DNA of 64,000 bases, taken from assembly GCA_045106855.1 (NCBI GenBank), contig JBGCFI010000026.1:40711-104710 (forward strand), written 5' to 3'. The notes under the pieces are model-generated. The model saw only the letters and a program-made list of their open reading frames with translations. It had not been told where the DNA came from and did no database searches. A program made the translations under genes and the position numbers. Source of the DNA: Granulosicoccus sp. (lineage in GTDB: Bacteria; Pseudomonadota; Gammaproteobacteria; Granulosicoccales; Granulosicoccaceae). Each line of letters begins with the position of its first letter. The first letter of the stretch is position 1. Shown here in pieces: positions 51,513 through 62,016 of this stretch.

Positions 51513-53345
51513 ATGTGTGGAATAGTAGGCGCGGTAGCGCAGCGTGATATCGCAGATATCCTGTTAGCCGGATTACAAAGTCTGGAATACCGTGGTTATG
51601 ATTCTGCTGGAATCGCAACCACCAGTGCTGATGGCAAGCTCAACAGACTCAGACGCGTGGGTAAGGTCAAGCAACTGGTCGAAGCTGTCAATGAAACCGG
51701 CATGCCCGGTGGCACCGGTATCGCGCACACACGCTGGGCAACGCATGGCGAACCCAATGAGGCGAATGCTCACCCGCATGTCTCTACAGACCGGATCGCG
51801 GTTGTACACAACGGCATTATTGAAAATCATATCGAGCTACGAGAAAAACTTAAAGCGCTTGGTTATGCGTTTGAGTCGGATACCGATACCGAGGTCATAG
51901 CGCACCTGGTAGAGCATGAACTTAAATCAGCCAACAGTTTGTTCGAAGCGGTTCGAATTGCCGTGCCCCAGCTAGAGGGGGCCTATGGCACTGTTGTTAT
52001 GGATCAAAGTCAACCTGAGCAACTGATCGTTGCGCGCTCAGGTAGCCCGCTGGTTATTGGCTATGGCATTGGCGAACACTTTATCGCATCAGACCAGTTA
52101 GCGCTTTTGCCAGTGACTCGCCGCTTCGCTTTTCTGGAAGAGGGTGATGTTGCCATGATCACTCGTGAGAAAGTCTCTGTTGTTGATGCGCAGGGTAATG
52201 CGGTTGATCGCCCGGTTGAAGAGTCGACCCTATCAAACGATGCGAGTGACAAAGGCAATTACAGGCATTACATGCTTAAGGAAATCTATGAGCAACCCAT
52301 TGCCATTCAGCGCACGCTTGAGGATCGTCTGGCTAATGGCCAGGTTCTGGATACGGCGTTTGGCGAGAACGCGGCATCATTGTTAAAGGATGTAGAGCAC
52401 GTTCAGATAATTGCCTGCGGCACCAGTTATCACGCAGGTATGACGGCACGCTACTGGTTTGAAGGTTTTGCGGGCGTCTCGTGCAATGTTGAAATTGCTT
52501 CCGAATACCGTTATCGACAATCCTTTGTAAGGCCCAACAGTCTGTTGGTGACTATCTCGCAGTCGGGTGAAACCGCTGATACGCTGGCCGCCTTGCGTCT
52601 TGCAAAAGAGCAGGGATTCATGAGCAGCCTGACCATCTGCAACGTGGCTGGTTCATCGTTAACACGTGAATCTGACATGACCTACCTGATGAAGGCCGGT
52701 GCCGAAATTGGTGTCGCGTCGACCAAAGCTTTCACCGTACAGTTATCGGCCTTGTTGATGCTGGCAGCGGCTGTGGGTCATCACAAGGGACTGAGTGCTG
52801 AAATGGAGAAAGAGATCGTTGGCGCACTGCAGAGTCTACCCGCCAAGATCGAACAAGTACTGGGAATGGATGAAGCCATAGCTGAACTGGCCGAGGGCTT
52901 TGCCGATAAACATCACAGCCTGTTTCTGGGGCGTGGAGACCAGTACCCTATCGCCATGGAAGGGGCGCTTAAGCTTAAGGAGATTTCCTACATTCATGCC
53001 GAAGCCTATGCGGCGGGTGAATTAAAGCATGGACCACTTGCATTGATTGATGCGGACATGCCAGTCATCGTGGTTGCACCGAACAACGAGCTGGTCGAGA
53101 AGTTGAAGTCCAATGTAGAGGAGGTGCGGGCACGCGGTGGCCTCATGTATGTGTTTGCGGACAAGCAGGCAAAATTTACCAATGATAAAACCATGAGTGT
53201 TTTGGAAGTGCCGCATTGCAATCCGTTGATAGCACCGATTATCTACACCATACCCCTGCAATTACTGTCCTATCACGTGGCCATCATTAAAGGTACGGAT
53301 GTGGATCAGCCGAGGAATCTGGCGAAATCAGTGACGGTTGAATAG
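51513..53345 (+). CDS. glmS: Glutamine--fructose-6-phosphate aminotransferase
   Basis: 610 aa with the MCGIVGA N-terminal nucleophile, two SIS domains and the C-terminal NLAKSVTVE. Confidence 0.98.
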   Translation: MCGIVGAVAQRDIADILLAGLQSLEYRGYDSAGIATTSADGKLNRLRRVGKVKQLVEAVNETGMPGGTGIAHTRWATHGEPNEANAHPHVSTDRIAVVHNGIIENHIELREKLKALGYAFESDTDTEVIAHLVEHELKSANSLFEAVRIAVPQLEGAYGTVVMDQSQPEQLIVARSGSPLVIGYGIGEHFIASDQLALLPVTRRFAFLEEGDVAMITREKVSVVDAQGNAVDRPVEESTLSNDASDKGNYRHYMLKEIYEQPIAIQRTLEDRLANGQVLDTAFGENAASLLKDVEHVQIIACGTSYHAGMTARYWFEGFAGVSCNVEIASEYRYRQSFVRPNSLLVTISQSGETADTLAALRLAKEQGFMSSLTICNVAGSSLTRESDMTYLMKAGAEIGVASTKAFTVQLSALLMLAAAVGHHKGLSAEMEKEIVGALQSLPAKIEQVLGMDEAIAELAEGFADKHHSLFLGRGDQYPIAMEGALKLKEISYIHAEAYAAGELKHGPLALIDADMPVIVVAPNNELVEKLKSNVEEVRARGGLMYVFADKQAKFTNDKTMSVLEVPHCNPLIAPIIYTIPLQLLSYHVAIIKGTDVDQPRNLAKSVTVE

Positions 53346-53564
53346 ATATTTTGAGTAGCCTGTTATCGGTGTAGGCTGAATATAAAGTGGGTGAGATGCC
53401 AATAAAATTTGGAACCTCCACACGATGAAGGTAACTTTTGTCTGAACCTGTACGGCAGAGCTATTGTATCCTTGACGGTGTATTCTCGATGATTATCATC
53501 TGCTCTGTCAGGATTTCGGCTCAAACCGGACCTAGGAGGCACGAGGCGATTCAGCACGAGTATT

Positions 53565-53939
53565 TTATTCGTTGATAATACAAAACCCATTGCCAAAAGG
53601 ATCAACGCAGTGGGCTATCGACCCCCAATCACCACTTTCTCCACCTTCATGTTGTCCGCCGAGTTCTTTTACTTTGGCCACCACTTCGTTAACATCTTCG
53701 CGAAGAAAATCCACATGAACAGGAGTCCAGTGACGCTCATAGGTGCGAGTTATCTTGCTGTTTTTAACAGCCACTGTTCCTTCACTTCTCTCTTGTAGAT
53801 AAATTTCAGCATTGTCGGTGGATAACACAATCATTTTGTCACCTTGAGTGCGCAGCTTCTTACAACCTAGAGCTTTCACGTAGAAGGACTCTCCCTCAAC
53901 TAAATCAGGGACATCAATGCTTATTGATAATTTGATCAT
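53565..53939 (-). CDS. VOC (glyoxalase/bleomycin-resistance/dioxygenase) family protein
   Basis: 124 aa with the pattern IDVPDLVEGESFYVKALG...HVDFLREDVNEVVAKVKELGG...DPFGNGFCII, in a low-G+C segment downstream of glmS. Confidence 0.7.
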   Translation of the reverse strand: MIKLSISIDVPDLVEGESFYVKALGCKKLRTQGDKMIVLSTDNAEIYLQERSEGTVAVKNSKITRTYERHWTPVHVDFLREDVNEVVAKVKELGGQHEGGESGDWGSIAHCVDPFGNGFCIINE

Positions 53940-54119
53940 GCATGTTCCTTGAATATATATTGAGGCTGATATTATATACAGTAATATTTTTAACTGTCAA
54001 ATTGTAGTCTTTGAGAGTTTCGCTGCACATTGGGAAACTGTTTGATGCCTCTCCAAGAACGCTGTGGGCGCGCGCGCAAGGACAGATGCTGTTGGGGTAT
54101 TTTGCGTTGGGGATACGAG

Positions 54120-54139
54120 ATTCCCGCGTTCGCGGGAAT
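54120..54139. repeat. REP-like palindromic element, second copy (ATTCCCGCG-tt-CGCGGGAAT followed by GACGAT)
   Basis: Perfect 9-bp inverted repeat 54120-54128 / 54131-54139, with flanks resembling the copy at 8347-8366. Confidence 0.7.
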
Positions 54140-54224
54140 GACGATGAAAAAGGCTTCTGGCTATCAGGAATGATAGTGGCAAAGGTTTCAGATTATCAAA
54201 AATGACAGTAAAGGCAGGTTAACT

Positions 54225-55595
54225 TCACGATTCGGGTTTTGAATCCTCAATCCTGTTTTGGACATCTTCTTCATATCTTGAATCCTCCATCCTGTTCATG
54301 ACATCTTCATCATAGGGTCTTGATTCAAACCACTCTTCGGATTCTTCAAGCTCATCAAGCATCTGCTCTTCTGCGGCATCGATAGCATATCCTGTGGCAA
54401 GGCCTGAGGTGTTTGAAGAGATAGGCAGGTACGGTGCTGGCTCATCGATTATGGTGTGCGGTCGTTGACTCATACGGTAGACACCGTAAAGACATATTGC
54501 GCTCATTAACAGGACCAGGATGATAAAGTACCATTCAATCCCCAGATGCGACATGGCATAGCCCACCACTATCGGGCCTGACATGGCACCCAGGCCATTG
54601 ATGAACAGCAGCCCGCCCGCAGCAGATGCCATCTGGTCCAGTTCCAGATAGTCATTGCCATAGGCAACCAGTAAGGAATAGAGCGGATTGGCGGTACCGC
54701 CCAGCATGAATGCCGCTGCCAGCAAAACAGGATAATGGTGACCAAAGTACATGCACAGTAGCGCCGTTGCCGCTCCGGTACCTGTGGTTCCTATGATGAG
54801 AATACGCCTGTCGAGTTTGTCGGATAGCCAGCCGATCGGTATCTGAAAAAACATGGCGCCAGCGAAGATGGCCATAATGAAATAAGAGGTCTGGGCAACG
54901 CTTAATCCACGCTCGGTCGCATAGATGGGTGACATCGCGTACAACACGGCATAGATACCCCCCAGCATTAGCATGCCAAAGCTGGCAAGAGGTGATGTGT
55001 TGACCAGCTCCTTCAAGGACATCGCTCTTGCTGAGGTTTCTACGGGCGCGGTGTTGGACGCAGATAACAGAATGGGAGCGATTGACAGGGACACCAGCAC
55101 GGTAATAAGTACAAACAAGGTGTAGTCTGCCGGGTCTCCCAGATTGAGTAGCAGTTGGCCAAGGAACATGCCCAGCATTTGCACCAGCATATATAAAGAC
55201 AGTGCCTTGCCACGTGAGGCGTTTGACGCGGAATGATTCAGCCAGCTCTCGGCAACGACGTAGACGCCAGAGAAGCAAAAACCGACCAGTACACGCAGAA
55301 GCCACCAGGCGTACGGATTGACAATGGCTGCGTACAGAATGAAGGCAGCTGATATCAGCGAGCCAAACGCGGCAAACACGCGTACATGACCTACGCGTTG
55401 CATTAACAGAGGCGTAATTTGCGCCCCGCCCAGAAAGCCAACAAAGTAGGCGGCCATGATGTAGCCCATGGTGGCTGAATCTATTTGCTCGAGTGAGCCT
55501 CTCACGCCCAGCAAGGTGCCTTGCAAGCCGTTGCCAAGCATGAGTAACATCATGCCAAGCATCAGGGCCCAGGTTTGTTTTAAGACAGACAGCAT
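54225..55595 (-). CDS. MFS transporter
   Basis: 456 aa with 12 predicted TM helices and an acidic C-terminal tail carrying a tandem 13-14-aa repeat. Confidence 0.9.
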   Translation of the reverse strand: MLSVLKQTWALMLGMMLLMLGNGLQGTLLGVRGSLEQIDSATMGYIMAAYFVGFLGGAQITPLLMQRVGHVRVFAAFGSLISAAFILYAAIVNPYAWWLLRVLVGFCFSGVYVVAESWLNHSASNASRGKALSLYMLVQMLGMFLGQLLLNLGDPADYTLFVLITVLVSLSIAPILLSASNTAPVETSARAMSLKELVNTSPLASFGMLMLGGIYAVLYAMSPIYATERGLSVAQTSYFIMAIFAGAMFFQIPIGWLSDKLDRRILIIGTTGTGAATALLCMYFGHHYPVLLAAAFMLGGTANPLYSLLVAYGNDYLELDQMASAAGGLLFINGLGAMSGPIVVGYAMSHLGIEWYFIILVLLMSAICLYGVYRMSQRPHTIIDEPAPYLPISSNTSGLATGYAIDAAEEQMLDELEESEEWFESRPYDEDVMNRMEDSRYEEDVQNRIEDSKPES

Positions 55596-55773
55596 GACGG
55601 CAAATATAGCTCTTGAGCGTGCGGATTGTACGCGTGACAGTGACGTGGAGACTAGGCGCGTGACGCAATTTCAGGGCCTGTGTCGTAGCTTGAACAGTCC
55701 TGTGGTTATACTGCGTACAAGGCTTGATTGAAACCGTCAATCTGATCAACCTGTTACTTGGATAAAGGCACAG

Positions 55774-56364
55774 ATGAGCAAGCACGTTGATTATTATCAT
55801 TTCCTCATATCACCCTGGAGCTACCTGGCCATAGGGCGTTTCAACTTGCTGAAAGAGCGCAGTGGAATAACGGTTGATTACCTGCCCATCGATGTGGGTA
55901 GCACGTTCGCCACCATGGGCGGATTGCCGCCCGCCAAACGTCATCCCTCGCGTCAGCGATACCGCATGGATGAACTCAAGCGCTGGTCGGCATACCTGGA
56001 TATCCCCATCAACCTGACTCCGGCATTTTTTCCGGCTGATCAAAGCCTGGCCGCATGCATGCTCTACGCAGCTGCGCCCGGGCAACGCGCCGCACTCAGT
56101 GACGCCATACTCACCGCCGTCTGGCGTGATGAACAGAATATTGCCGATCCGGCAACGCTCTCAGCCATAGCGGCGGCCTGTGGCTGTGATGGCCGCGCAT
56201 TGCTGGAATCTGCAGCCGATCCTGCGATGCAGGAGAGGTTAAAGGCGAACACCCTGGACGCCCATGAGAAGCTGGTTTTTGGTTCGCCAACCTATATCTA
56301 TGCGGGCGAGTTATTCTGGGGACAGGACCGATTGGATTTTCTCGATAGAGCGCTTCAGGACTGA
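55774..56364 (+). CDS. 2-hydroxychromene-2-carboxylate isomerase family (DsbA-like thioredoxin fold) protein
   Basis: 196 aa with YHFLISPWSYLA and VFGSPTYIYAGELFWGQDRLDFL. Confidence 0.8.
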   Translation: MSKHVDYYHFLISPWSYLAIGRFNLLKERSGITVDYLPIDVGSTFATMGGLPPAKRHPSRQRYRMDELKRWSAYLDIPINLTPAFFPADQSLAACMLYAAAPGQRAALSDAILTAVWRDEQNIADPATLSAIAAACGCDGRALLESAADPAMQERLKANTLDAHEKLVFGSPTYIYAGELFWGQDRLDFLDRALQD

Positions 56365-56432
56365 ATTCGCGTTTAAGTACACGCCATCACCGATAACTTC
56401 AGAAGTATTCGACCAAATACCACAGGAGCATC

Positions 56433-58019
56433 ATGCAGATCAAACATAAACTATCCTTTTCCACCCTGCTGCTGACATCGGCACTAGCCGCAGCATTACC
56501 GGGCACGGCCTTATCCGAGACGTTTTCATGGGCGGGAACCACCGACCCTCAGACGCTGGATCCGCACGCTGTTAACACAGCCCCCGTGCTTGGTTTTCTC
56601 AACAATGTTTACGAGGGCCTGGTTCGACGCAACAAGCAAATGCAGGTGGAAGCGGCACTTGCTACATCATGGGAACAATTACCTGAAGGAGGATGGCGAT
56701 TCAAGCTACGCGAGGGCGTAAGTTTTCATGATGGCAGTACCTTCAACGCTGACGATGTGTTGTTTTCGTACGAGCGTGCCTCATCAGAGGCAGCGGATAC
56801 GCGCTCATGGTTTTCTCCGATCAGCGAAGTACGAGTCGTCGACGACTACACCATCGATTTTTTAACCAAGGCACCCAATCCGCTATTCCCCAGCTCAATT
56901 GCCAATTTCATGATCATGGATCGTGACTGGACAACCAACAACGGGGCTGAACTGCCTTCCAAAGAAGCTGAGAATCACGCTACGCGAAATGCAAATGGAA
57001 CGGGCGCTTATCGTGTCAGCGCGCGAGATCCGGGTGTACGCACAGAGCTTCTGCCACATGCCGATTGGTGGGACAGCAACGAGTCGAACATCACCAAAGC
57101 GATTTTTACACCCATTGGGCAAAGTGCCACGGGTATGGCAGCACTTTTATCAGGTGAGATAGATTTCATCTCGCCGATTCCTTTGCAGGATGTACCGCGT
57201 ATGAAAGAGCGGGAGGGATTTACTGTACATGAAGGTGTCGAGGCCCGGGTTATCATGTTCGGCTTCAAGCATGACGGTGGTGAGCTGATGTTCTCCGATG
57301 ATGTCAGTGGCAAGAATCCTTTCCAGGATGTACGCGTGCGTACAGCGGCTTATCAGTCAATAGATGTTGATACGCTGATTGACAAGATCATGCGTGGTAA
57401 CGCTCAACCAGCAGCTCAGCTGGTATCCGATACCATGAACGGTTACAGCAAATCCCTGGGCGAACGTCTGCCCTATGATCCGCAGGCTGCCAAAGCCTTG
57501 CTGGCAGAGGCCGGGTATCCGGATGGTTTCAGCTTCGGCCTTCAATGTCCTAATGATCGATATATCAACGACGAATCTATCTGCAAGGCGGCCGCATCCA
57601 TGATGGCGAAAGTGGGTTTGAACGCCAAGCTTGCCAGTATGCCGGTGCGAAACTATTGGCCGGAACTGCGTGAAGATAAATTCGATATGTATCTGCTTGG
57701 CTGGTCACCGGGTACCTTCGATGCAGAGCACCCCATTCGTTTTCTGGCATCAACACCAAACACGGAGAAAAAACTGGGAAGCTGGAATTTCGGTGGCTAC
57801 TCGAATGCGCGTGTTGATGAGCTGTTACCTTTAATACAGACCGAGCTTGATGAAGCTGAGCGGCAGGCTATGGTCGATGAGGTCCACGGGCTACTTCAAG
57901 ATGAACGTGCTTACATACCGATGTATGTACAACCTTTGATCTGGGCGTCGAAAGACAACATTGAGCTGACACAGCGAAGTGATAACTTTTTTATTCTTCG
58001 GTGGGTAAGTGTTAACTGA
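56433..58019 (+). CDS. ABC transporter substrate-binding protein, family 5 (peptide/nickel type)
   Basis: 528 aa with a signal peptide, DPQTLDPH, and family-5 SBP length and pattern. Confidence 0.88.
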   Translation: MQIKHKLSFSTLLLTSALAAALPGTALSETFSWAGTTDPQTLDPHAVNTAPVLGFLNNVYEGLVRRNKQMQVEAALATSWEQLPEGGWRFKLREGVSFHDGSTFNADDVLFSYERASSEAADTRSWFSPISEVRVVDDYTIDFLTKAPNPLFPSSIANFMIMDRDWTTNNGAELPSKEAENHATRNANGTGAYRVSARDPGVRTELLPHADWWDSNESNITKAIFTPIGQSATGMAALLSGEIDFISPIPLQDVPRMKEREGFTVHEGVEARVIMFGFKHDGGELMFSDDVSGKNPFQDVRVRTAAYQSIDVDTLIDKIMRGNAQPAAQLVSDTMNGYSKSLGERLPYDPQAAKALLAEAGYPDGFSFGLQCPNDRYINDESICKAAASMMAKVGLNAKLASMPVRNYWPELREDKFDMYLLGWSPGTFDAEHPIRFLASTPNTEKKLGSWNFGGYSNARVDELLPLIQTELDEAERQAMVDEVHGLLQDERAYIPMYVQPLIWASKDNIELTQRSDNFFILRWVSVN

Positions 58020-58104
58020 TAGTCAGTAATAATTTGATCTAACGGAAAGGTGGCGGGTGTCCTCAGGGGCGCAGCCACCGTCAGATGCCGGCGTCAGGCT
58101 TACG

Positions 58105-58878
58105 TTAATTCTTGCTGCCGGTTCTGGTTAGTTGCAGGCGCAGTCCCAGACTCAATCCCAGATCCTGTTCGTAATCGATGGCTGCATAGAATCTGATTCG
58201 GTTAAATGGATACACAATTCCCAGGGCCAGATAAGGAACATACTCCTGTTCATAACGGTAGAGTGATGGCTGGTCCAGAGCGTTCAGTACAACGTTGCGA
58301 CGACTGCGCTGGTAACTGGCTCCCACGGCTAGATAGGTATTGGCGCCATTGGCGAACTGAGCGCTGGCAGGACTAAGCAGCAAAGCTAAAGAGACACTTC
58401 TGTTTCGCAGTCTTGTCTGGGCCTGCACGCCGCCAACGGCGATATTGCTATCGACATCCAGAGACTCGTTTTGTCCGGACAAGCGCAGCTTAACCGTGTA
58501 GTCGCGCCAATCGGGCAGACCCGTGATGTAGAGTCCACCGCCTTGTGCACGACCTGATGCATCTATTTCGTTGCCCAGAGCAATGCCGGACAACGTGGAG
58601 TCTACGCTCTGGGTATCGAAAAACAATACAAAATGATCGGAAAAAACGGGAAGCGATAGTCGAGCCCCAGCGCGCAGATTATCTGCACTTGCCCGGCCAC
58701 TCAGGTCGAGGTTGATATTCTCGAACTGTCGAGGCAGGTTTGCCTGTCCATCTGGAAACGTGCGTGTCTGCGCAATAACATCGCTGCTGACAAGCCAGGC
58801 TGCAGTTGTTAATGCGACAAAACGGGCCACCCGGATAAGGACTTTGCTGCTTGAGAAACCATTACTTAATTCGCGCAT
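58105..58878 (-). CDS. Hypothetical exported protein, possible outer-membrane beta-barrel
   Basis: ATG 58878 gives MRELSNGFSSSKVLIRVARFVALTTAAWLVSSDVIAQ (signal-like). The body has alternating beta-strand-like sequence but no terminal aromatic residue. The track start 59004 overlaps the divergent gene. Confidence 0.45.
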   Translation of the reverse strand: MRELSNGFSSSKVLIRVARFVALTTAAWLVSSDVIAQTRTFPDGQANLPRQFENINLDLSGRASADNLRAGARLSLPVFSDHFVLFFDTQSVDSTLSGIALGNEIDASGRAQGGGLYITGLPDWRDYTVKLRLSGQNESLDVDSNIAVGGVQAQTRLRNRSVSLALLLSPASAQFANGANTYLAVGASYQRSRRNVVLNALDQPSLYRYEQEYVPYLALGIVYPFNRIRFYAAIDYEQDLGLSLGLRLQLTRTGSKN

Positions 58879-58983
58879 AGTCCATGGTCCATTGTAAACT
58901 ATAGGGAGAGGCGTCTTTGTTAGCCGGTTGGCGCATCGCGCGTTATGGATCATGTCGCGTTTGCAATAAGGATCATTATACTC

Positions 58984-60123
58984 ATGCAACGACGTCGAAA
59001 CCACTTATTGAAAGGAGGCTTATCATTGAGCACTGCCGATAATAGCGGTATGCATCATGACGCATTGCGCCATGTGCTGCCTGAGTCTGTCCGTTCAATG
59101 CTGAGAGCATTGCTTGGGCTGGTCTTGTTGAGCGGCGTACTTTTCTATGTATGCTTCCGGCCTTTTGCGCTGCACGCGTTGTTACCTCAATCTCTCCTTT
59201 CACACCATTGGCAAAGCATCTTGCCTGAGGTATTCCTGTCTCACCTGCCGGTCACGGTATATCACTCTTTCCCATCGTTTATTGGTGGCCTGAGTGTCGT
59301 TTTGTTTGTTGCACTTCTACCTTCCGTCAGACGAACAGACAACCCTATTGCGTTGTCGGTGGCTGTTGCCACTCTGTCGCTGTTCGAGATTTTTGTCGGG
59401 TATTTTCATTGGCAGGATATAGTCGCCACCCTAGCAGGTACATTGACCGGCTTATGCCTGATTCGATGCCTCGTTCGGTACCGCAGTATGTCCGGCAAGG
59501 TGGACTTTCCTGCTGCTGAGGTTCAGCAAAGCCTTCCCGAGCCAACGTCATCAACGTATCGTTACACGCTGTTTCCGGCAACCGCTGCTGTACTTTTTTC
59601 TTCTTTGCTTGCCATTGGGTCAACCTGGACCAATGACTATTCCAGCAATGAATGTGCACGTTATAGTGAAGAGGGCTTCTGCGAAGAATACAAACGCGAC
59701 GCCCAGCCTGTCTACATGAGTTACGAGCAATTAAGAAGCTCGGTAAAGATCGAATCTGCTCGTGCACCCGACAGAATTGGGCGGCTGTATTTGTACGGTG
59801 ACTACGTATTTCTGAATGAGGTTAACGAGGGTATTCACATCATTGACAATGCTGAGCCCACCTTGCCGGTTAATCTTGGCTTTATTCGTATTCCGGGGAA
59901 TACTGAGATCGCTGTACGCGATAACTACCTGTACGCAGATAGCTATGTTGATCTTCTGACGCTGGATATCAACGATCCCATGACTTTGTCGGTTATCAGT
60001 CGACAACAGTCTATTTTTCCTTTCGACGCCTATCAGAATATTCCGCAGAACATTACGTTTTCCGGTTTCGAGATAGACCGTGAACAAGGTGTCGTTGTTT
60101 CGTATCGTCTGGAGGGATCATGA
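58984..60123 (+). CDS. Membrane-anchored LVIVD-repeat protein
   Basis: ATG 58984. The N-terminal half has several TM segments. The C-terminal half has LVIVD-type repeats (GIHIIDNAEPTLP, DLLTLDINDPMTL). Confidence 0.6.
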   Translation: MQRRRNHLLKGGLSLSTADNSGMHHDALRHVLPESVRSMLRALLGLVLLSGVLFYVCFRPFALHALLPQSLLSHHWQSILPEVFLSHLPVTVYHSFPSFIGGLSVVLFVALLPSVRRTDNPIALSVAVATLSLFEIFVGYFHWQDIVATLAGTLTGLCLIRCLVRYRSMSGKVDFPAAEVQQSLPEPTSSTYRYTLFPATAAVLFSSLLAIGSTWTNDYSSNECARYSEEGFCEEYKRDAQPVYMSYEQLRSSVKIESARAPDRIGRLYLYGDYVFLNEVNEGIHIIDNAEPTLPVNLGFIRIPGNTEIAVRDNYLYADSYVDLLTLDINDPMTLSVISRQQSIFPFDAYQNIPQNITFSGFEIDREQGVVVSYRLEGS

Positions 60124-60926
60124 TTATGCAACCATTGTTTCGTTATGCCTGTGGCTCTCTTTTTATCGTAGCCTCTGTGATGCTGTCAGGGTGTTCAGAT
60201 AACGCAAGTAGTGATGCTTCAAGCACGGATCGCCCGGGTCTGACTGGTACTGCCGGTTCCACAGCGCGAATGATCATTGACGGTGACTATCTCTATGCGA
60301 TCTCAGGCAGTTCTGTTCAGTTGTTTGATATCTCGACACCGGCTGCGCCTGTTCCCTGGACCCAGGTCAATATTGACTGGGATATACAAACCTTGTTTGC
60401 GTATGAAGATTATCTGCTGGTGGGTGCCGCGGATGGAATTCATATACTGGATAATACTGATCGTGCCTCTCCGCAGTATGTCGGTGACTTTCAACATGCT
60501 GTTACGCGCGATCCGGTTGTGGCGCAGGATAACGTAGCGTATGCAACTCTCAGACGTGATGACACGCAGCCTGGTAACGATATCGTTAACCAGCTTAACG
60601 TGATTGATATCAGCGACGTTGAAGATCCCGTGTTGGTGCAGGTCCAGAACCTCAATTCACCCTCTGGTCTGGCAGTAAGGGGCGAACGGCTTTATGTGTG
60701 TGATGGTAGCGAGGGCCTCAAGATTTTTGACATAAGCGACAAGTTAGCGCCAAGCGTATCCGAAATTCTGTTCAACATAGAATGCAATGATGTCATAGCC
60801 ACCGATGACACCTTGCATGTCATTGGACCTCGCGACTACTCGCAATACAATACAAGTCTGACTCCCACGCCGCAGTTGATGAGTACGATACGTCGTGAGC
60901 CGGTTATCTATCTAGTGGATAGGTGA
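60120..60926 (+). CDS. LVIVD-repeat lipoprotein
   Basis: 268 aa with the lipobox LSGC. Repeats are VQLFDISTPAAP, GIHILDNTDRASP, LNVIDISDVEDP and GLKIFDISDKLAP. ATGA overlap with the upstream gene. Confidence 0.65.
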   Translation: MIMQPLFRYACGSLFIVASVMLSGCSDNASSDASSTDRPGLTGTAGSTARMIIDGDYLYAISGSSVQLFDISTPAAPVPWTQVNIDWDIQTLFAYEDYLLVGAADGIHILDNTDRASPQYVGDFQHAVTRDPVVAQDNVAYATLRRDDTQPGNDIVNQLNVIDISDVEDPVLVQVQNLNSPSGLAVRGERLYVCDGSEGLKIFDISDKLAPSVSEILFNIECNDVIATDDTLHVIGPRDYSQYNTSLTPTPQLMSTIRREPVIYLVDR

Positions 60927-60993
60927 TATGCGCAAGTTGATGGGTAAGGCAAATTGACCTATTGATGGTGTAAGAGAATACAATTACGGCGCA

Positions 60994-61956
60994 TCAGGCG
61001 CTGCATTTTTTGGTAACGCTGCTCAGTTGTAAAAAAATATCCAGGCACAACGCCAGGATTATGATACAGCCACCGACAATTGCCAGAGGTGGCATATCTG
61101 TGCCAATGAGTATGGCTGCTGAGCCAATGGCTACAATAATTTCCGACATCGTCAAGAGGGCGGACGTGGGTGCAGGAATCTGGCTTGCGCCCCATATCTG
61201 GGCGATCATGGCCGGATACAATGCAAAGATGCCAAAGACAATGGCAACAACCGCAATAAGTGATGTTCTGTTTTGAGCTGTGGTGTCTTCGACGATAAAT
61301 GATGTTGCCTGTGACGGTAGTACATTGTCGGTAAACTGAAGAAACAGTATGGCCAGAAGAGACAGGAATGCGGCGCTGGCAATAGCCACCAATGTTCTTG
61401 AGTAAGCACAGCTTTGCCCGTCGGCTCTGAGCAAACTCAGACTGATACCCCAGAAGACGCCTGAAGCAATTGCGCACCAGTCCCCTACAGATTGTGGAAC
61501 AGGAAAACCATCGCCTTCACTCAGCAGCAACCACAAACCAGAGAATGCGATAAACATAATGAGCAGTCTTGAGGCATTGATCGGCTCTCCATAGATTAAT
61601 CGTGCAGCAAGGGTTGTCCACAGCGGTAACAGATAAAATAGAAAAATGACGCGGATGACGTCTGTGTACATAAGGGCAATAAAGTACAGCGTAGTCGCCA
61701 GGCCCAAAACAAATCCGGAACGCACAGTTTCCAATTGTTCAAGATCTGTCAAATTGCCACGCAGCCGCATCATTATCAGCGACGGGATTAGCGCTGCCGC
61801 CATGACAAACGCCAATGCCCATAACGCGTTGATACCCAGCGATTCCATGTAACGTAGTGGAATCCAGAACAATCCCCACAAAGACGAACCTGTAACGACC
61901 GCAATTGCACCGGTTCGGTGTGTGTTTGTGTATCCTGAGGCAGTTGTAATTCCCAT
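60994..61956 (-). CDS. DMT (EamA) family transporter
   Basis: 320 aa with about 10 TM helices in a duplicated EamA-like arrangement. Confidence 0.8.
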   Translation of the reverse strand: MGITTASGYTNTHRTGAIAVVTGSSLWGLFWIPLRYMESLGINALWALAFVMAAALIPSLIMMRLRGNLTDLEQLETVRSGFVLGLATTLYFIALMYTDVIRVIFLFYLLPLWTTLAARLIYGEPINASRLLIMFIAFSGLWLLLSEGDGFPVPQSVGDWCAIASGVFWGISLSLLRADGQSCAYSRTLVAIASAAFLSLLAILFLQFTDNVLPSQATSFIVEDTTAQNRTSLIAVVAIVFGIFALYPAMIAQIWGASQIPAPTSALLTMSEIIVAIGSAAILIGTDMPPLAIVGGCIIILALCLDIFLQLSSVTKKCSA

Positions 61957-62016
61957 GTGCAGCCAGTTTACAGGTCTGTGCAGACACTTTACTGAACTAT
62001 ATTTCGAGGAAATGAC

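Noticed and set aside
53346-53440. Tn7 insertion at attTn7 downstream of glmS
   Set aside because: No TGTGGGCGGACA-like end, no 22-bp TnsB-site repeats and no tns genes are present. Only the compositional anomaly remains, and it is reported separately.
54652-55800. 382-aa minus-strand ORF overlapping the MFS transporter gene
   Set aside because: It is an alternative frame of a strongly supported 12-TM MFS gene. Its composition is Arg/Cys/His-rich and non-protein-like, and it runs into the divergent isomerase gene.
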